A DNA stretch of 64,000 nt from Dimorphilus gyrociliatus (Eukaryota; Animalia; Annelida), in contig CAJFCJ010000006.1 in NCBI GenBank assembly GCA_904063045.1, positions 310,001 to 374,000 on the forward strand, read 5' to 3'. A program made the position numbers and the translations under genes. The notes under the pieces are model-generated. The model had not been told where the DNA came from. It was given only the letters and a program-made list of their open reading frames with translations, and searched no databases. Positions 1-12,191 of this stretch are shown here, in pieces. Within the stretch, counting starts at the first letter, position 1. Each line of letters begins with the position of its first letter.

Positions 1-3000
1 TGTAGTTTGCTCCGGATGATTGAAATCTTCGTTTACTACTCTTTCGAATACAACTGTAGCCAATTGCCTAACTGTTGCTGCGGCAGTATTATTAGTCCCA
101 GAATCTTTCGAATCTTTCGTAAAGTGCAATCGAAAGCAAAGAACTAGTGCCTAAAAAATACAATCAGAATAACCATTTTTTAAAAGACATTTGTTCAATT
201 ATTATTCTTTTGTAGTCATAAATTTGGTATCAAATAAAAAACCTTAGCCAAGGAAGCGTGTTGAACGACAGGTGACGTCGTGATGAGAAGAATGGCCGTC
301 TGTAAGAGTTTCAACTCCTCGACTTTTGATTCCATCACGCTCCATAGTAGGTTTACAATAGCTGAGGCGGCGGGCTAAAGAATATAACGATAATGATGAG
401 ATACTAATTCTTTCAGCCAATTATTATATTAATAGCTTTATTATATTTTATAATTTCCTTTATTCTTGATATCCGATTTAGTAAAGAGTATACAAACAAG
501 TACAAACAAGTAATATTAAATAATATTTGTTCTAAATTGTGTGACGTAGAAAGTGAGTAAAAAATCAAGAGACAAGAATTGAGTCGATACTTTTTGTTTA
601 GTCAAGTCAATATACAGATGATATACGATCAGAAACTGGATAAAATTGAACCAATCTAAGTATTTAAAGTCATTTATCAATTAATCATAAAAGGTAAGTT
701 AAAAGTTAAATAAGATCATTTAGTAATTTTAGAAATCAAGACAATGACAATTCTTTTGAAAGATAGAGCTCAAGGCCAACAAAGATAAATGTGGTCGTGT
801 TATTTTTATCCCAATTATTCTAGTTTGCGAACAACAAAAATCCTTCTCCTTTTAACAGCTCAATAGTAGATATAATATTGTGAAAAGATGAAATTCTCAA
901 GAGCTGTATTTTAGTAGAAATGTTTTATTGATAGATACCGTAAAAGAAGAGGACAAGAGAGAGAAAACGATAGCACTTTATGGGATTCAATATTCGATAT
1001 TTCTCATAGCAAGGCATGAAAGAAGTAAGACTTTGAAAGCATCTAAAGAGCAATTCATTGTTTATTCGAGGATTAGGAAAAAATACTATTGCATTGTATT
1101 GGAAGCTTAAAAAAGCCCCATGTCGTCCCATTTTTAAATATACAAAGTGCTATTGATTTCAGGTGAATACGATGAATTTTACGCAATTAGAAGCTAAAAA
1201 GTTTAAAAAATACTAAATTTCCACGTATAATTTTAGCTCAATTTGAAAACATAGGAAATAATCCAGAATATTTTATATAAAATACTGTAAAATATCGACT
1301 TTTGCTTCAGTTTGGTAACATGAAGCATTACATCTTCTGCTGTTTGTCTTGTAACCTTCACAGCCAAAAATTGTTGACTTTTTGAGAAAAGAGCCCTCAA
1401 ATATAATTCAATGTTTTAGTTTTGTATGTTAGTAGGAAGTATATTAGATAACAGTTTAAGAGTATTGCAAAGAATTGAAGAGGCGTTTTTTCAGACACAA
1501 GTCAGACTTTAAAAATGGAATTACTTAGTCAGCAGGTTTGGACTTCATCAATAACAGATTCGTAGAGCATTCTCACAAGATTAGATCATTGTCCAACTCT
1601 TGCCTGACCCTTATAATGTACACAAAAAAGGTATTAACTAAGTACTTCGAAGCAAGGTCAAGTAGTAGATTAAAATAGATCCTTGAATCTCAAAAAAGTG
1701 AATATTCTTACTTCAAATAGATAAATATTATAGCGAACTTGAGATATGAAAAGAGAATACATGAAAATTATTACACTAAATAATATTTAATTAATTTAAA
1801 AGTATAAAATCGATTACCACATCTATAGAGCATTCAAAAGCACTTTTGTTAATATTCATTTTCAATTATTGATATAATTTACAATGTGAATAGTCACTTT
1901 TATTTCAGTAAGTTTTTAGATAATTATTGTTAACATCATTTAAATTAATAAACCTTAATTATAAATTGATAAACTCTTTTTCATAAATTTTTCTGAATTC
2001 TAACCTTGTAGATGAGTGGGCGGAAGTTACTTTACTAAAATATTTATAGTCTATAGTCCAGATATCGTTTTCTGAGCTTTGTTGCACAAACTGAATTGGT
2101 TTATATTGTGAAGTGAAGTACATTCCATAGATAAACTACTGGAAGTGAATAAGATCTGATTTTGCTATATACTACCGAAAAATGAAAGTTCATCTAGGGT
2201 CATACTAATTCCAGATGAATTCCCAAGGAAGTTTCAGAACCCACTTTACAACGACAGGAAATAATTTGAGTTAATACAGTTCTTTTTTTAAAAAAAAAAA
2301 GAAAAAATTATCAGAAAAGTTAATTTAAACAGTCGAAACAGGTAAGAGTAACAAAAACGTACAATTTAGTCGATAGCGTAGACTTACTCCTCCATCTTCT
2401 AAAAAAAATATCGTTGATTTCGAGGAACAATCTTCTTCACTTGTGTGGGAGAGGAACTAGCTTTATAAATATTAAGAAGCCTGATCATACTTCATTTTAC
2501 ATTCGAAATTGTCGTTTGTATGTCTTTCCTGTGATTTTCTCTTCAGAGCAACCATTATTATGAAAGTAAGGGAAACCGATAGTTACTCTAGCCATGATTA
2601 GCAGTAAAATATAATCTACTGCAGTATAAGTATTAGAATAATAATAGTCGTGCGCTAATTTAGTCAGTTGTAAAAAAAGCTCTCTCACAATTATTGTGCT
2701 TAATCTTAAATTCGAAATATCTTAATAAAAAGAGAGAAAAGTATAAGATAAACATCAGGCCTATTGTTATTCACGAGTTCTGCACATTAGACCGTTTTTA
2801 GCGCGAAAAAGGTTTACATATAGCTAACTATCGTTTGAGGGCAACGAAGATCAAAAACCAATTCGAACAAAGCTGCCCAGTGACAGCGAACGTCTGATTA
2901 AAGTATCCCAAGGCGTACTTTTTCTCATAGGGGATCCAGAATTTTATAAATTTCCTTAGTATGACCACTGTTTCATGCTTATATGTAAATTAGACATTAT

Positions 3001-6000
3001 GTCGAAAAATTGCAAAACTTAATAGCAGACTATTTCGTAATACATCCCAGAACAATTATTGCCAATATGGACTAATAATGCCTACAAAACAAATGGAACC
3101 ACGAATAATTTTGCCAAGAGCAAATTTCGAAATAGACGCAACATTTTACAAGAAACTTTTTCATACACCGACTTATGCTCCAGTGCAATAATTAATAACA
3201 TAAGAAAATATATGCACATATGTGTCAACTAGTTTGTTTAATATTATGTAGCTCATAAAAGAAACAGATCACGAGTGTTGTAAATTAATGATGGGACTCG
3301 GGCGTCATCTATCGACTAAGTACAAGTAGGAGTTTGAGTAATCCTTTTCCAGAAACACAATCTCTAGAATGTTTCAATAAAATATGAACACTTAAAGTCC
3401 TTAAAGCTCAATAGTACTAGTTTTGGAAAACTGTCGGAGTTAATGATTTGTTAATCTTTAAATGAAACTGTTCGACTCTTATGAATAAGATATCTTTGTG
3501 CGTATTACCTGAGTTTCTCCAAGAAAGAATAAATCCAGAATTTTACAATTTTCGCCTATAGAAGCTTAATTATATTTAAGTATAAAATATGGAACACAGC
3601 TTCAAATCAATGCTACTTTGGTAACAGTCTCTAAAGATTTATTTCGATGAATCTTTGAATTTCGTGAGAAAATTTGAATTAACTGTCGAAATTGCTTATT
3701 AAAGAGAATAAATAGAAAAAAATTACAGGCTGCGTTCAAATCACAAAAAGTAAGCCACCCACATAACGTCATACAAAACGTGCCCACAAGTTCGACTTTC
3801 TTTCACGAAAAAACTGCACTGCATTCTACGAATTATCTTCCAAAGCTGTTAAATAGAAAGACTAAGTTGATTGTGATGAGAGTTTTAACTATTTCCTGTT
3901 TGATAGACTTAGAAGACATCATGATTTCTGATTTTTTCCTCAGGATTTTTATCAAATGTTAAAATAATAATTGTGAAGCATAGAACAACGATAACGAGAA
4001 CGCTATATATAATTGTATATGCTGTAGAATAATAGATGTTACACCGTAAGGCCATCGGATAAACGTAAGCCTTTCCACAATCATCATATTTAAATATTAT
4101 ATTATATTAACAAACTCAAAGCATAGAATAATAAACAGCAAAAAATGAAAGAACGCTAAGGTTGAAAGTACCGGCGTTTTCTCTAAGTAAACCATTTCTT
4201 TAGCAAGAATAGTTTGCAGATAGCTAAATATCGTTTCAGTGTCACGAAAATTAGGAACCAATTAGAGGTCAATTGGGCAGCTACAGCCAAGGCTTGATTA
4301 AAGTATACGAAAGTATAAATTTCATCGAAAGACACGCTAAATTTTTACAAATATCTTATTTAGACAGCCAAAGTTATATATAATAGAAAGATAGAGTCAG
4401 CGACCTCCAAGCCAATTAAAAAAACAATAGTAGATGACCGTCTCTCCGTTGTAATCCATACAATTAATGATAAAGTTGGTGAGGAGAACCCTCTAAACAA
4501 ATTACGCCGCAAAAAAATTTCCCCTTATAACAAATTCAAATTTTCACAGGATTTGCCTTCATTGAATAACATTTTATCATGATCTTACGTTGAAAACACA
4601 ATCAGTCGTGTGAGTGACGGTTGATATAAGGTTGCATACCAATTACACGTCTTTCACAAATGAATAATGTATGCACATTCTTCATGCAAACATAAAGCGT
4701 TTGTTATACAAATTGCGTACACGAGTGAAGCATTGAGCAATTCTTGGTAACGTTAAAATGATTAGACTGCCAGTACCTTGATTCCTTACTTTAATTTTTT
4801 TTAGATGAATTAATTTCATTTGTTAGCACAGCCTTAAATGTGTTTATAAGTAAGGCATTCACAATTCAATTGCATTCAATCGTAATTTTTGTAGACTATA
4901 ATAAATAAAAACTATGTAAATTGTCCCTGTGGGTCTTGTTACCACATAATATTATAATTAAGGAAGCAATTAGAGATATCCATAAAAAGATCTAGAGCAG
5001 CAGCTCTGGGAATGGAGTCTCTATTCCCAAAGGTTGTTCCCTGAATCTTTAGCATAATTATCTTCGTCTAACTACTTCTGAAATCCACTTTGTGCTGTTT
5101 GAATCTCGATAATAAGCACGTCCCAAGAGCACATATAAGAAGGTTAAACAGGAACAAACATATGAAGGCAAAACACAGTACCATCCACCAATCAAAACAT
5201 TTTTTACTCATATAGACCTTAGGAAAGTTACATTGCGGATTACACTTATCATCGTTGCAAGTCATTATGTCTTCGTTCCTGTCGATTGATGCATTAAATT
5301 CCTTCTCTAGTTTAATTAGTCTCCATTCTAATACTTTGGAGATGGCGTAAGTTGTTGGGAATCTTTTATCTGCTGCAAAAGTTGAATAAAAGCAGGATCG
5401 AATAATACATGGTTCATCATCTGCGAAGAATACAGGAAGATTGTTTGCCGATTTTTTTTCAGATATGATAAAATTTAATTATCTTAAACCTCTTTTACAG
5501 GGGTAGGAAGCACAACCCTTCGGACAATTTCGAAAGAGTAAATGGTTGGTCAATTCTAATTCGCAAGATTCCTTGCCAAGACAATTGTGACATTGCACGG
5601 AATATCCACTATTTATCATGGAATATAAACATAAAAAAACAATTGTTTCCTTCATACTGAACGTCAAATAGAAACCGATATATTCACGACTCGTTGTCAA
5701 CTGTACACAATTACAGGCGCATGATAATTTTATACTCGTAAATAACTTAAATATGGGCTATTTTCGCAAATTATTGTTGATGCCTATGAGGCTTATCACT
5801 GCTGACATAGCAGTGTTTGTCCAAAGCACATACTATTTACAAAAAAATACCAAGGAAAAAATAATAACTAACCCTAGAAATAACATTATGGCATATTAGC
5901 CTTTGAACAGATCCAAGACAAAGATGAACAATTTTTGCATTCTTTGTATCACTGCCGAGTATAAATGGTTGAATAATATCAAGGCTCTCGCTTTCCAAAT

Positions 6001-6551
6001 CTGTAACAAATTTCAACATTTGATAATTCTCACATAAAAATCTATATTCAGTAATTTAAATATACATAAATTGATTATGTATACTGCGTGTATATATACT
6101 AATACTGTATATAATATATTGAATAACATGTATATAATTATATATAATGTGATATATATATATATGTAAATTTTGATATATAAATCGTCCTTAAGTGTAT
6201 ATGTCAATAAAAAAAAACATAAATATAATTACGTATGTGTTAAAGAAATTACAATCTTCTGATTACTAATTTACACGTCACATTGCATAGTATTAGGTCA
6301 GTACAAATAGTGACTTACTCTGAGATACATCCATTTTCTGCACAGCTATATTTTTTAATTTCGTCGTTACTGTCTCAGAGGCCTGGAAAATCGAAATCAT
6401 TTTTTTCTTGGAATTTAGGCTTTCTCTCAAAAATAGATCTTACTTCTCTGACAGGAGGGTATTTACGTCGACATTCATTACCCAATACTTTCAAATCATT
6501 TAATAAGTTATCAATTAAACGGCGAGAGAAATCTTGTTGACTGCCACTCAT
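1..6551 (-). CDS. MON2: MON2 homolog (Golgi/endosome Arf-GEF-like scaffold), 5' part; continues off the left edge
   Basis: Exons 6551-6444, 6382-6319, 6000-5873, 374-243 and 150-1 have GT-AG ends and consistent phases. They give [46 protein letters not shown].../...[69 protein letters not shown].../[38 protein letters not shown], matching the recalled MON2 N-terminus. Confidence 0.93.
560..900 (-). pseudogene. Heavily decayed class A GPCR fragment (TM2-TM3), copy 3 in the MON2 intron
   Basis: Minus-strand ACGACCACATTTATCTTTGTTGGCCTTGAG-CTCTATCTTTC aligns with the TM2 of copy 2 ([10 protein letters not shown] vs [11 protein letters not shown]). A DWF...DR-IIC-like TM3 remnant follows. Many indels; boundaries approximate. 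Confidence 0.4.
2400..3150 (-). pseudogene. Decayed FMRFamide/peptide-receptor-like GPCR, copy 1 in the MON2 intron
   Basis: Minus-strand frames give TM1-like [16 protein letters not shown]3 [34 protein letters not shown]4-like [19 protein letters not shown] and a TM5-like [15 protein letters not shown]. Interrupted by stops and frameshifts; boundaries approximate. Confidence 0.7.
3602..4500 (-). pseudogene. Decayed FMRFamide/peptide-receptor-like GPCR, copy 2 in the MON2 intron
   Basis: Reads [26 protein letters not shown] (TM1-2), then two stops, [31 protein letters not shown] (TM3), [12 protein letters not shown] (TM6) and [18 protein letters not shown] (TM7/helix 8, ORF 3602..3787). At least four in-frame stops plus frameshifts. 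Confidence 0.8.
5068..5655 (-). CDS. Nested 172-aa Cys-rich type I membrane protein (Ly6/uPAR three-finger-like ectodomain plus TM)
   Basis: Exons 5655-5490 and 5420-5068 are joined by a phase-1 GT-AG intron into 519 nt with no internal stop. Signal peptide [19 protein letters not shown], then VQCHNC...SC...CPKGC...PC...PCIIRSC...CNDDKCN, a hydrophobic [27 protein letters not shown] and a short tail. Confidence 0.72.
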
Positions 6552-7240
6552 AGTTTATTTTTTATACCAGAAGTAGCCAACAGTGAAAATTCCAAAAAAG
6601 ATAATTTTCTAAAATATTTCCTTTCAATTAAAAAACGTTCGATTTTGTAATCAACGATTCTTTTTCCGATTCAGGCAACAACCCTAAATTCACTTACTTA
6701 AATTACGATCAATGATCACACAATCGATTCTCAAGTTATTTTCTTCAAGAAATATAAAATTATCACAAAATAAGGCAAAAAAAAGAATTATCCACGTTGT
6801 TGTTTTCAATGACGGCCATTTTGGCCTGAAACGCCATCTGTTTTATTTTCCTAAGAAAAATATTTCTCAAAACAATAAGAATGTTTTACTTAAATAAAAC
6901 ACCTAAATTTAATAATGATTACTTGTGCAATGTCGTTTAAAAAGATAACAGAAGTTTAATTTGTGTCATAGAAGTTTAAAAACTAAGTAAATCCCTTAAT
7001 TTCGGTATAAAATTTAAAAACTAACAAGAGCTCGTTAAATGTTAAAATTAACTATGATACAGAATACCCTTTTCGTCTAACAATTAAATTTTATTTGCCC
7101 ATAAGTAAAACATTTAAATATAAGTTAACACCGAAAGTTATAAGTCATGTTGACAATTGTCACAAATATTCTAGGCTCTTCTAATTATTTGCTCACATCC
7201 AATGAATACTTTTAAAAAATATATATTGCAAATACAAAAC

Positions 7241-10200
7241 TCAAGCTTTTCGCTTCGTTAACCAAAAAGTTTCCATTTGTCCTTTTCCCTATAGAAAAAA
7301 TGTTTTATTTAATAAATAAAAATCCATAAATTGTAAAATTTCATAATCAAACCTTTATTTCCAAAGTTCCTCGTGGAATTATCATTAAATTATCTAGTTT
7401 AAAGGCTTTTAGCGACTCGGCAGAAGTTGGCGACATTTGAATTTTCCCTGGTTCAGAGGTACTTTCCATTCGTGAGGCAACATTAACAGTATCGCCAAAG
7501 AGACAGTATCTTGGCATTTTAAGACCGACAATACCTGCCATTACAGGCCCTGTATGAATGCCAACTCTTAGAGCAAGATGTTCCTCCTTTCTATGAGGAA
7601 GCTGCATTGTCATGGCAGATTCAAGAAGTTCAACGGATAGTCTTGCAATCTCAACAACATGGGTATCGCAATTTCTTTTCGGTAAACCACTTATCACCAT
7701 ATAGGCATCTCCAATTGTCTCAACTTTATACGCATCAAAGGAACCAATTATTTTATCAAATCGTGAATATAATTCGTTTAATAAAGTAATAACTTGCATG
7801 GGAGTTGAAGATGATGATATCTCTGTAAAACCAACTATATCTGAAAAGTAAATCGTAACAGAATCGTAATATTCAGGTGGTACTGATTGACCACACGACA
7901 GTTTATCAGCTACATCCGGCGGCAGAATTTCGTGGAGAAGTGATCTTTGCTGTTCCATTACCTTTGCCAATTCTTCCGTTCTCTCTTCTACACGTTGTTC
8001 TAATTCTTTTAAATAGTTGTCTACCGCTTCCATCATGCAATCCAAAACTGATTTTCTTGAAGGTGCAGCTCCAGTCAACTCTTTTTTAATTCTACGAAAA
8101 GGTGGCCTTGCTTCTGGATTAGCGTCCCAGCTCGAACATAATATAGAAACGAGTTTTTTGTTCCAGTTGGGATTAATTTTTGGTCTAAGATTTTCATGGA
8201 TGATTAATTCCAATATTTTTTGTGGTGTCTGATCCAACTCCTGATATGGTTCGTCCCTCGTAAAAATTTCAATTAATATTATTGCAAAGCTATAAATGTC
8301 ATTCTGTTTCGTAGGAGTAGTTGATTTATGTAATAGCCTTTCGGGAGACAACCAAAATTTTCTCTTCTCTAAAACCTCTTCGCTAAGCTCTTCTTGTAAT
8401 GGGCTTACTTGATTGTGAGAGACCTGTTTTCCGTGGAAAGTAATCCATTCCCAATCAGATATTTTTACAGACCATTTAGCATCAATGTAGCAACAATGCG
8501 ATGATAGATGTAAGTGAATTATGTCAAGAGAATGGAGATAGGCCATTCCATTTGCAATATCTATTGACATACTATATTTGAAATTGTCATTTAAATTATA
8601 CTTTTCATCTAAAAGAACGTCCGAGAGTGATCCCTTTGAACAATATTCACTAACAAACCAAACTCTTTCGCCTAGATGGCAAACGCCAAAAAACTTTTGA
8701 ATGTTATTGTTTTGAACATTTAGCTTGAGCCACATCAACTGCCGGCAAGCGGATTTTTTCAATTCTTTTACATCTTTTAGTGTACTTGAACGCAAGCAAA
8801 TCATTTGAGTGTCAAGGAAAGCAAGTTTTAAAGTTTTGACATTATTTACACCAGTTGAGTGAGGGGCTGAATAGGTACTGCCCAAAGACGAAGCCTCTAA
8901 AGTGTTTCCGGTAAGTGTTATTTTCTCGTTTGATATGAACCAATCGTTTCTGGACAACGCTCTACTTAGCTGATATTGCTGTACGATTATGTAGGACATC
9001 AAAAGCAAAATAAGGAAGCCAACAACAACACCGGAAACAATGGCAGGTATTCGCCAGACTTGTAAGGACAGATATTCAGAGTTTTTTTGGTCAGCAACTA
9101 ATTCCGACACGGCATTCCCTTCACCACAAAACATTTTATCCAACACAATTTTTTTTACAAGAGCAGCTACTTCTCTATTTAAGGGTGTCATATGTTTGTT
9201 GATGCATTCTCTATGTGCAGCATTATTTGTAGTAAACCACTCTATGTATCGCCATAATTCTACTGCAGGATCGCAGTCCTTAAGGCCTTTCATTCTTACA
9301 ATTAGATATGTATATCCTGCAATAGGATATGAACTTTTACCTCCTGCATTAGATAACGATATGGTCAGTCTTTCATCCATATCCTTGGAAAAATTTGTCA
9401 TTGCTGACTGAACATTCTGATATCTTGCATCTACCCATTCACCGTCTTTATTCCTTAGCTCAGCATATTTTAAGTTTGCTTCTTTTGCGTCAGAAATACT
9501 AAGGTATGATATAGTATAGGGCAAACTTAAAATTAGGCCACTTACTCCCCTATTTCCCTGACCCTTCAAATATACTACGTCTTCTGACCAGTGAGAAGAT
9601 CTAGCAAAAACGCCGTAAGTAGAATTCCACTGCGAACTAAATGATGCTAGTCCACTCGTAAATATTTCAGTCGTTCCAGATTTATCCTTTCGTACAATGA
9701 CTCGAATCTTTTCGTTCGGTAATGAGAAGTTTCTGTTATAGTCTTGTATAAGAGAACTATTCCAGTTCTTGATAGTACCATTAAATATTCCAACAGCTAT
9801 TTCTTGAGTTAGAAATAAGTCACTAACCCCGGGAAGATGGTAGACAATAACAACAGCCCTGTAAAGTAAACGGAGATGTTTAATTAAATAGGAAACTATA
9901 AAGATAGTTACATCTGAGGACATAAACGGCTCTAAGGTTATATCGGAAAACATGTATATAAGGGTTACTCCTCTATTTAAAATGTAATAAATCTAAATGC
10001 AGTCTGTTATAGTGATTTCAAAGAGCTGGTTTTAAAAGTTATCTAGGCATAGAAGATAAAATAAAGATTGATACGTATCTTGATGCAATACTTGACAGAT
10101 TTATTTCTGATACTGCTACTCTGTTAAAAGTTTCATTACAAGGACTTGTATTTGGACATAAAAGTATATCCCTACATTCTTAAATTTCAAATTATCTTTA

Positions 10201-11502
10201 AAGATTTGGAGAGTAATATTTCAAATTCATTTTTGTCGTGAAATATTTTATTACTAACATTGATGAAGAAAGAATGAGCCAATAAAGAGAACTAGTGATA
10301 CAACATCTCTCTGTTACAAATATGTATTATTATTGAAGGGATTTTAATGAATATAATGATATAAGAGGATTTGAAAAAAATGAAGGGAGTTTTTATATTA
10401 GTACGACGTCTTTGATATAAAGAGCTGGAAAAATTAAAAGCAGCAAAGAAAAATTCTTTTTTTCACTGTCTGAAATTATGAAATGAAAAACGAGAAAGCA
10501 TAAATTAAAAGATGATATTGATATACTTTATACCATGTCAAATATCTAATCTCATTGTAATTATACAATTTTGTAGATAGTATACTTTTTATTAAATGTG
10601 AAATTCCATATACCAATTGTGTTAATCATTGATATATTAGTCACGAGAATCCACTGATGCCTAAATTAAAGAAATTAACGCTAAATTCTTTATTATCTTT
10701 CTAAAAATGAAATATTTGATAAATTTTCCTTAGCTTCGAAGAAAGTAATAAAGCTTAGTATAAAAATAGATCCTATTTGGAGGGGTTACTTTTGACAAGG
10801 ACTTAAAAACATTAATATATAAGCAAAATATACATACTATTCGAAAAAGTACATAGGAAGATTAGTTCGATAACATGAAAAATATAATGAAGCAATTCCC
10901 AATATCAAATATTTATGACTAAAACGCTCAATTCTGTTTACTATAGATAATTTGTTTTAATATAATCGGATTGTGTTTTTGTAGACAATATGGTATTATA
11001 GCAAATTAAATGACAGATATATATGATATCTTCGAAAGAATTATCATCAAAAGAATCTTTTTTTAGATACTGGTTTAGCAATTTCTCATGTGGTGAAAAT
11101 GAAATAAGAAAAAATATTTACCCCGCTACTGAAGGTAGCATATGTAAATCAGGGTAGGTTTTATAATCTTCTTCAGTGAGTAGGGAATCAGTTCCTGCGT
11201 AATGAACATAGCTATCTTCTTTACCTTTTATTCTATTTTTTCCGATTCCACTTCCTACGCTTTCATATTGCATATTTAGGGTAACGAATCGAGATCTCTC
11301 CGAGCGAAACATAGTAATCCACGACTAAAGTGTTTCGTAATAAAAAAAAGTAACTTCAAATTGCCAGTATATAAGTAGGAACTCTTAAATTCATTACCTG
11401 ATAAACAAGAGCAGGAAATGTAGCGCCCGCTCCGATAACATTTATGGGTGATACAAACTTTAAAACAGGGAAGAGCCAAAAGAGGAGAGAGAGATACTTC
11501 AT
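7241..11502 (-). CDS. Receptor guanylyl cyclase (953 aa): signal peptide, PstS-like phosphate-binding ectodomain, TM, kinase-homology domain, coiled linker, guanylyl cyclase
   Basis: Exons 11502-11398, 11324-11122, 9858-7353 and 7288-7241 total 2862 nt in frame. PstS motifs: GAGATFP, VGSG, YAGTD, VRKDKSGTT. TM: IPAIVSGVVVGFLILLLMSYIIV. Pseudokinase HLHLSSHCC lacks the HRD Asp. Cyclase motifs: SDIVGFT, KVETIGDAYM, PRYCLFGDTVNVASRMES, GKGQMETFWL. Confidence 0.93.
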
Positions 11503-12191
11503 ACCGTTCTCAACTTTTTTCTCGTAGACGTTTCTATCCCAAGCAATCACGTGACAGACAAACTGTTACCTTTTATGAGGAAGGAGAGCATTATGGGTAA
11601 GCTCGGAAGCTGTTCACCTTTCAGGTTTAGTTTGAAGGACAATTCGGTCTTCAAATAGGTTCTTCATAAATTTGCTTCTTTAAAATCTTGACTTGATAAT
11701 CGCTAAAGGTTTTATTTAAAAGGGAAAAATAACAATAAAAAAAGAAGGAAAATATAGATAATTAAGAAAAAATAAATGTCTAATATAACAAGATCAGTCT
11801 CTTGTTTGTGTTCCAGTAGAATATCTTTACCAGTCGATAATGGTTTATTCATCGCACAAAAGACCATCAGTGTACTGTTAGCGAAAAGGGATATAATACA
11901 TAGAATACAGAGCTACCTTTGATGATTACTATGGATGTACTCTCATATCCAAATTAAGAAAATTTTATTGAATTAGTTCAATTTAAGCTATTCATATATA
12001 CGGATCAAAGATTGTGAATAATAAAATAAAATATATAAAAAATATGATGGCGTTAATTAACTTTTGTAGTTATTGTTTAAATATCCATTTCTTGTGGTCC
12101 TTCCTTATAACGTGCACACTTAAATTATTAATGATGATACGTCGACTAGCGTTTGATAGAAAATAAGTGTATTGTTCTATTTTTTTCTTTA

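Noticed and set aside
1300-1640. Possible transposase or other gene remnant in the MON2 intron
   Set aside because: All frames I read contain frequent stops, and I found no catalytic motif or terminal repeat.
6013-6207. 64-aa hydrophobic ORF ([12 protein letters not shown]...)
   Set aside because: AT/TA low-complexity MON2 intron sequence that translates to I/Y-rich runs by chance.
7607-9411. Several plus-strand ORFs (60-123 aa) overlapping the cyclase exon
   Set aside because: Antisense frames of a long coding exon. The same applies to the short ORFs overlapping BAZ2, NWD and dynein.
7241-11502. PstS-like sequence as bacterial contamination
   Set aside because: It is split by GT-AG introns, has a eukaryotic signal peptide, and is in frame with a metazoan pseudokinase-cyclase.
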